DNA of 48,000 nucleotides from Iphinoe sp. HA4291-MV1 (GTDB lineage Bacteria; Cyanobacteriota; Cyanobacteriia; Cyanobacteriales; Nostocaceae): NCBI GenBank assembly GCA_019359415.1, contig JAHHHH010000023.1, positions 1 to 48,000 of the forward strand, read 5' to 3'. Shown piece by piece: positions 44,402 to 48,000 of this stretch (position 1 is its first letter; each line of letters starts with the position of its first letter). The notes under the pieces were generated by a model. It saw only the letters and a program-made list of their open reading frames with translations, ran no database searches and was not told where the DNA came from. The position numbers and the translations under genes were made by a program.

Positions 44402-44780
44402 ATGAGTCAATTTGCAGATCCCATTAACCTTCAAATATCTTCAGATTCCCTGAGTCAAGGCGAACAGGCTATCCGTCAGGAAATTGCCTTACAGCTATAT
44501 GCCAAAAATATTTTTACCTTTGTGGTCGAGGGAAAAACCTGCACAAAACGCGCAACCCTTTATGGGTACTCGTTGTGCGCTCCACGATTAATCGTGAAGT
44601 GCCCCCTTCGGGGGAGGGTTGCGCGTTTTGTGTCGATTAATGCGTCGTCAAGCTTGCCGCTTGGCGAATTTGTCAGTATGGGAATTTCAACAACTTTTGG
44701 GTCAACAAAAAATTCAACGCCATTACAGTGAAATAGAGCTAGCGGAGGATGTTGCAACAATTCAATCAGGGTTTAGGTAG
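44402..44780 (+). pseudogene. UPF0175-family antitoxin gene disrupted by a ~121-nt hairpin element
   Basis: The N-terminal part MSQFADPINLQISSDSLSQGEQAIRQEIALQLYAKNIFTF is in one frame. The C-terminal part (R)RQACRLANLSVWEFQQLLGQQKIQRHYSEIELAEDVATIQSGFR* is in another frame and ends at 44778-44780. The inserted element lies between them. Confidence 0.7.
44523..44643. mobile_element. MITE-like insertion with an 18-bp perfect inverted repeat
   Basis: cacaaaacgcgcaaccct (44542-44559) pairs with agggttgcgcgttttgtg (44615-44632). Internal palindromes are cacgattaatcgtg and cccccttcggggg. The outer boundaries are approximate and are inferred from restoring the antitoxin reading frame (121 nt, which gives a frameshift). 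Confidence 0.6.
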
Positions 44781-44783
44781 TCT

Positions 44784-45098
44784 GTGACAGTCATTTGCAA
44801 TGCTACGCCGCTGATTAACTTTGCTGCTATCAATCGCCTTGATATTTTACAAGCTGTGTTTGGGCAAATTATCATTCCCCAAGCTGTCTATGATGAAACC
44901 ACTGGTTCAGGTTTCCCTGGTTCGCAATTTGTGCTACAAGCGATGTCTGACGACAACCCGCTTCCCTGCGAGACGCTGCGCGAACGCGTGTACGCTTCAG
45001 GATGGTTGCAAGTTTGCTCAGTCTCAACCATAGCCTTCAACATTCCAGCAGAACTAGATAATGGCGAACGGGGACATTGCTTTAGCACTCGAAACTAG
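44784..45098 (+). pseudogene. PIN-domain (DUF3368-type) toxin gene, repeat-invaded and truncated
   Basis: The N-terminus VTVICNATPLINFAAINRLDILQAVFGQIIIPQAVYDE is typical of the DUF3368 PIN partner of UPF0175. A dispersed repeat (gagacgctgcgcgaac, 44970-44985) is inserted. After ELDNGE the frame shifts: IALALE is readable in another frame, and a premature stop follows. About 104 aa remain versus ~150 expected. Confidence 0.6.
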
Positions 45099-45149
45099 TG
45101 AGCCGTATTATCTGAGTAGCAGTGAATAAGAAATAAGGAGAGGCAGTAA

Positions 45150-45980
45150 ATGGCATTGAATCGGGTAAGAATTATCTTAGTAGAACCAGCAGGTCCAATG
45201 AATGTGGGGTCGATCGCACGGGTGATGAAAAATTTTGGTCTACAGCAACTGGTGCTAGTCAATCCTCAATGCGATCCGCTTTCAACAGAAGCGCTTCACA
45301 TGGCAGTTCATGCTAAGGATATTTTAGAATCAGCAGTATCAGTGACGACACTGCCAGAAGCATTGCAAGGATGTACGCGAGCGATCGCTACCACAGCTCG
45401 TGTTCGTAACTGGGAAGCACCTCTAGAAAACCCCCGCACAGCACTACCTTGGTTACTGGAGGAACCACAACAACCAACCGCACTCATTTTTGGTAGAGAA
45501 GACAGGGGACTAAGTAATGAAGAATTAAATTATGCTCAGCGGTTTATTCGCATTCCTACCAGTTCCAGCTATTCATCGTTGAATTTGGCGACTGCTGTGG
45601 CAATCTGCTGTTATGAACTAGTAAAAAGTGACGCAGAGAATGAAGAGGATACACAGAGGTGGGGACACGCAGATGCAGAGAGTGAAATTGTCCCCGTGTC
45701 CCCCACTCCCCGTGTCCCCCACTCCCCGTGTCCCCCACTCCCCATGTCCCCTATTGAGTCTGCACCTTTGAATATTTTGGAAGAATACTACCAACAGTTA
45801 GAATCGCTACTACTCAAGATTGGGTATCTTTATCCCCATACGGCAGCTAGCCGGATGGAAAAATTTCGACAAATGTATAATCGCGCTCAATTACAAACTA
45901 GAGAAGTTGCTATGTTGCGAGGTATTTTACGGCAGGTAGAATGGGCACTTGAGAACAGAAACAACCATGAGGGTTTTTGA
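45150..45980 (+). CDS. SpoU/TrmH-family RNA 2'-O-methyltransferase (TrmJ-like) with a repeat-derived internal insert
   Basis: RIILVEPAGPMNVGSIARVMKNFG...LIFGREDRGLSNEEL...IPTSSSYSSLNLATAVAICCYEL is the SPOUT class signature. An acidic/Pro-rich insert is followed by a C-terminal helical region. Confidence 0.8.
   Translation: MALNRVRIILVEPAGPMNVGSIARVMKNFGLQQLVLVNPQCDPLSTEALHMAVHAKDILESAVSVTTLPEALQGCTRAIATTARVRNWEAPLENPRTALPWLLEEPQQPTALIFGREDRGLSNEELNYAQRFIRIPTSSSYSSLNLATAVAICCYELVKSDAENEEDTQRWGHADAESEIVPVSPTPRVPHSPCPPLPMSPIESAPLNILEEYYQQLESLLLKIGYLYPHTAASRMEKFRQMYNRAQLQTREVAMLRGILRQVEWALENRNNHEGF
45692..45751. repeat. 16-nt tandem repeat CCCCGTGTCCCCCACT x3.7 inside the coding sequence
   Basis: Units start at 45692, 45708 and 45724, with a variant (ccccatg...) at 45740. 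Translated as VSPTPRVPHSPCPPLPMSP. Confidence 0.9.
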
Positions 45981-46237
45981 CTCATCGGTTACCATGTACC
46001 AAGCATCCTTCTAAAACCCGTCATTATGGCTGAAACTAAACTCGAAGATACCACTTTTTGTAAACAAAAACACATTTGGTGCAACAAGATGCTTTAGAAG
46101 TAAATTTAAATAGTGTTACAGAATCCACACAAAAAAGCGATATTAACCTAATTGATTCATAAAAACTACCTTCACCTTTGAAGTCAAACCTCTATAAATC
46201 TGTTCGACATTATACATTTTCTTCACCACTGTACCTT

Positions 46238-47893
46238 ATGCCAACGAGAACCGTTATAAAAACTGTCTCACGGCGTCAAAGCACTAGCCGCCGTCCGCTT
46301 AAGAGCAAAGTTCCAAAGCTGGGGCACAATAAAGCCGAAGTGACAAGGCAGCAAGCCTCCCACAGCCGAACAATGCCTACACGTGTAAAATCCATTCCCC
46401 CCTTCACCCCTGTCACTGCGCCCATCAAGCGAGCAGGAGTAGTAGCTACAGCAGTCAAACCAAATGCTACTGCCAAAGGAAGGATTCCAGCATACAATCC
46501 AAACATAGTACAGCCAAAGAATGTGCGGATGCGGAAGCAGTCGTTGCCAAGAAAAACCACCATCACCCGAAAAACGCGATTAAAGCCGATGGCAAGAACA
46601 TTCTTGTATGCCCTACGGCTGTTAATTGTGGGAGTTGGTATCGGCGCGATCGTCGGTACAACGTTATCAGTACTAGATCCTGCGACTCGCATCACCACAT
46701 CATCTGATACAACCATCAAACAGGCACAACAGCCACAACCTACCCAAAATCCCTCAGAAGCTGCTTCCGGCTTATTCTTAACTCAGGAAATTTCTTCTTT
46801 AAAAACTGTTGTGCAAAATTTGGCAGCAGCAAACCCAAATCTGACTCCAGGCATTTTTTTGGTAGATTTGGACAACGGCGGTTATGTGGATGTGAATGGC
46901 TCATCCAGTTTTTCTGCTGCTAGTACGATTAAGATTCCAATTCTTGTTGCCTTTTTCCAAGATGTGGATGCTGGCAAAATTCGCCTTGATGAAACACTCA
47001 CCATGCAGAAGGAAATGGTTGTGGGCGGTTCTGGCGATATGCAGTATAAACCAGCAGGGACTCAGTTCCCAGTCATGGAAGTGGCAACTAAGATGATGAC
47101 AATCAGCGACAACACAGCAACAAATATGCTGATTGCTCGCTTGGGTGGAATTGAGGCGCTGAATCAGCGTTTCCGTAGTTGGGGTTTGACAACGACTGCG
47201 ATTCGCAATCCACTCCCCGATTTACAAGGGACAAACACAACTAGTCCCAAAGAATTAGGGAATTTGATGGCGATGGTGAGTAAGGGCAATTTGGTGAGTG
47301 CGTCATCACGCGATCGCATGCTAGATATTATGCGCCGCACTGTGAGAAATCAGCTCCTGCCAACTGGTTTGGGAACAGGCGCAACCATTGCCCATAAAAC
47401 GGGTGATATTGGGACAACGCTTGCAGATGCAGGTTTGGTTGAGATGCCTACTGGCAAGCGTTACATAGTTGCTGTTATGGTACAACGCCCCAATAACGAC
47501 TCTCGCGCTGAAAAATTCATAAGCTCAATTTCTCGTGCTGCTTATCAACAATTTAGCCAAACTGCTCCTATACCTGGTAGTACAGGAAACACTGTACCCT
47601 CCAACAGCTATCAATCCCCAGCGATGAATCCGTCTCTACCCAGTAACAACAGCTATCAATCCCCAGCGATGAATCCATCTCTACCCAGTAACAACAGCTA
47701 TCAATCCCCATCCATCAATCCGCCTCTACCCAACAACATGGGAAACACTGTACCCTCCAACAGTTATCAATCCCCAGCGATGAATCCGCCTCTACCCAAC
47801 AACATGGGAAACACTGTACCCTCCAACGGTTATCAACCTCCTGTTCAGTCTCCGGTGATGAATCCGCAGTATTATTATCCTTACCAGAGATAA
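46238..47893 (+). CDS. Membrane-anchored class A beta-lactamase-like serine hydrolase with a repetitive Pro/Asn/Ser-rich C-terminal tail
   Basis: STIK (S-x-x-K) in FSAASTIKIPILVAF, SDN in TISDNTATNML, KTG in AHKTGDIG. A basic N-terminal region is followed by a TM helix (LRLLIVGVGIGAIVGTTLSVL). I preferred the ATG at 46238; the ORF-track start at 46178 is a TTG. Confidence 0.8.
   Translation: MPTRTVIKTVSRRQSTSRRPLKSKVPKLGHNKAEVTRQQASHSRTMPTRVKSIPPFTPVTAPIKRAGVVATAVKPNATAKGRIPAYNPNIVQPKNVRMRKQSLPRKTTITRKTRLKPMARTFLYALRLLIVGVGIGAIVGTTLSVLDPATRITTSSDTTIKQAQQPQPTQNPSEAASGLFLTQEISSLKTVVQNLAAANPNLTPGIFLVDLDNGGYVDVNGSSSFSAASTIKIPILVAFFQDVDAGKIRLDETLTMQKEMVVGGSGDMQYKPAGTQFPVMEVATKMMTISDNTATNMLIARLGGIEALNQRFRSWGLTTTAIRNPLPDLQGTNTTSPKELGNLMAMVSKGNLVSASSRDRMLDIMRRTVRNQLLPTGLGTGATIAHKTGDIGTTLADAGLVEMPTGKRYIVAVMVQRPNNDSRAEKFISSISRAAYQQFSQTAPIPGSTGNTVPSNSYQSPAMNPSLPSNNSYQSPAMNPSLPSNNSYQSPSINPPLPNNMGNTVPSNSYQSPAMNPPLPNNMGNTVPSNGYQPPVQSPVMNPQYYYPYQR
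47584..47840. repeat. In-frame tandem coding repeats (45-nt unit NSYQSPAMNPSLPSN and a longer GNTVPSNSYQSPAMNPPLPNNM unit)
   Basis: aacagctatcaatccccagcgatgaatcc(g/a)tctctacccagtaac occurs at 47603-47647 and 47648-47692. ggaaacactgtaccctccaac recurs at about 47585, 47741 and 47807. Confidence 0.85.
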
Positions 47894-47906
47894 ATTTTCC
47901 TTTTTC

Positions 47907-48000
47907 ATGACATCTACCACACCTTCAATCCAATTTTTTGCTGGCATTTTTGAAGAACTCAGCAATGTTAGCTTGCGGCGTAATCCAAGTTCTGGCAAGC
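47907..48000 (+). CDS. psb28: 5' end of a Psb28-family (Psb28-2-like) photosystem II assembly protein, truncated by the window edge
   Basis: MTSTTPSIQFFAGIFEELSNVSLRRNPSSGK fits the Psb28 N-terminal pattern IQF-x-x-G-x-x-E-E-x-x-x-V-x-L-x-R-x-x-x-x-G. Only 31 codons are visible. Confidence 0.5.
   Translation, partial: MTSTTPSIQFFAGIFEELSNVSLRRNPSSGK

Noticed and set aside
47792-47998. A 68-aa minus-strand ORF at the right edge of the window.
   Set aside because: It overlaps the 3' end of the beta-lactamase-like gene and the 5' end of a plus-strand psb28-like gene that has a recognisable family motif. The antisense ORF has no features.

Overview
This window looks like chromosomal DNA from a heterocyst-forming (Nostocales-like) cyanobacterium. 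It has many GCGATCGC (HIP1) palindromes, tandem heptamer arrays, and small GC-rich dispersed repeats in an AT-rich background. The main feature is a co-directional minus-strand block of about 25 kb (31648 down to 6393). It contains sbnA and sbnB homologues (L-2,3-diaminopropionate supply), four NRPS genes totalling six modules and ending in a TE domain, and an EntS-type MFS exporter. Hand-derived adenylation codes suggest Gly, diamino acid, Tyr-like, diamino acid, diamino acid, Tyr-like. There are no E domains, the first C domain has a degenerate active site, and the modules are recent duplicates of each other. The NRPS reading frames stay open despite several in-frame insertions of genome-wide small repeats, including a 113-nt nested insertion in one A domain. 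Upstream on the plus strand lies an APH-type kinase plus HopA1-like pair, which resembles the split Ser/Thr dehydratase of class V lanthipeptide and thioamitide pathways. I found no credible precursor for it. The remaining genes are: an HsdS remnant with an AlbA_2/HATPase_c_4 protein, a 4HBT thioesterase, a HEAT-TM-P-loop NTPase, an MHYT-GAF-PAS-MCP sensor, an OmpA-like protein, a K+ channel with a zinc ribbon, a deaminase, a NarL-type two-component system next to an LTXXQ (Spy/CpxP-like) protein, a decayed GNAT acyltransferase, a repeat-disrupted UPF0175/PIN toxin-antitoxin pair, a SpoU methyltransferase, a membrane-anchored beta-lactamase-like hydrolase, and the start of a psb28-like gene. 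I saw no rRNA, tRNA or CRISPR array. All functional calls rest on motif recognition by eye, with no database search.
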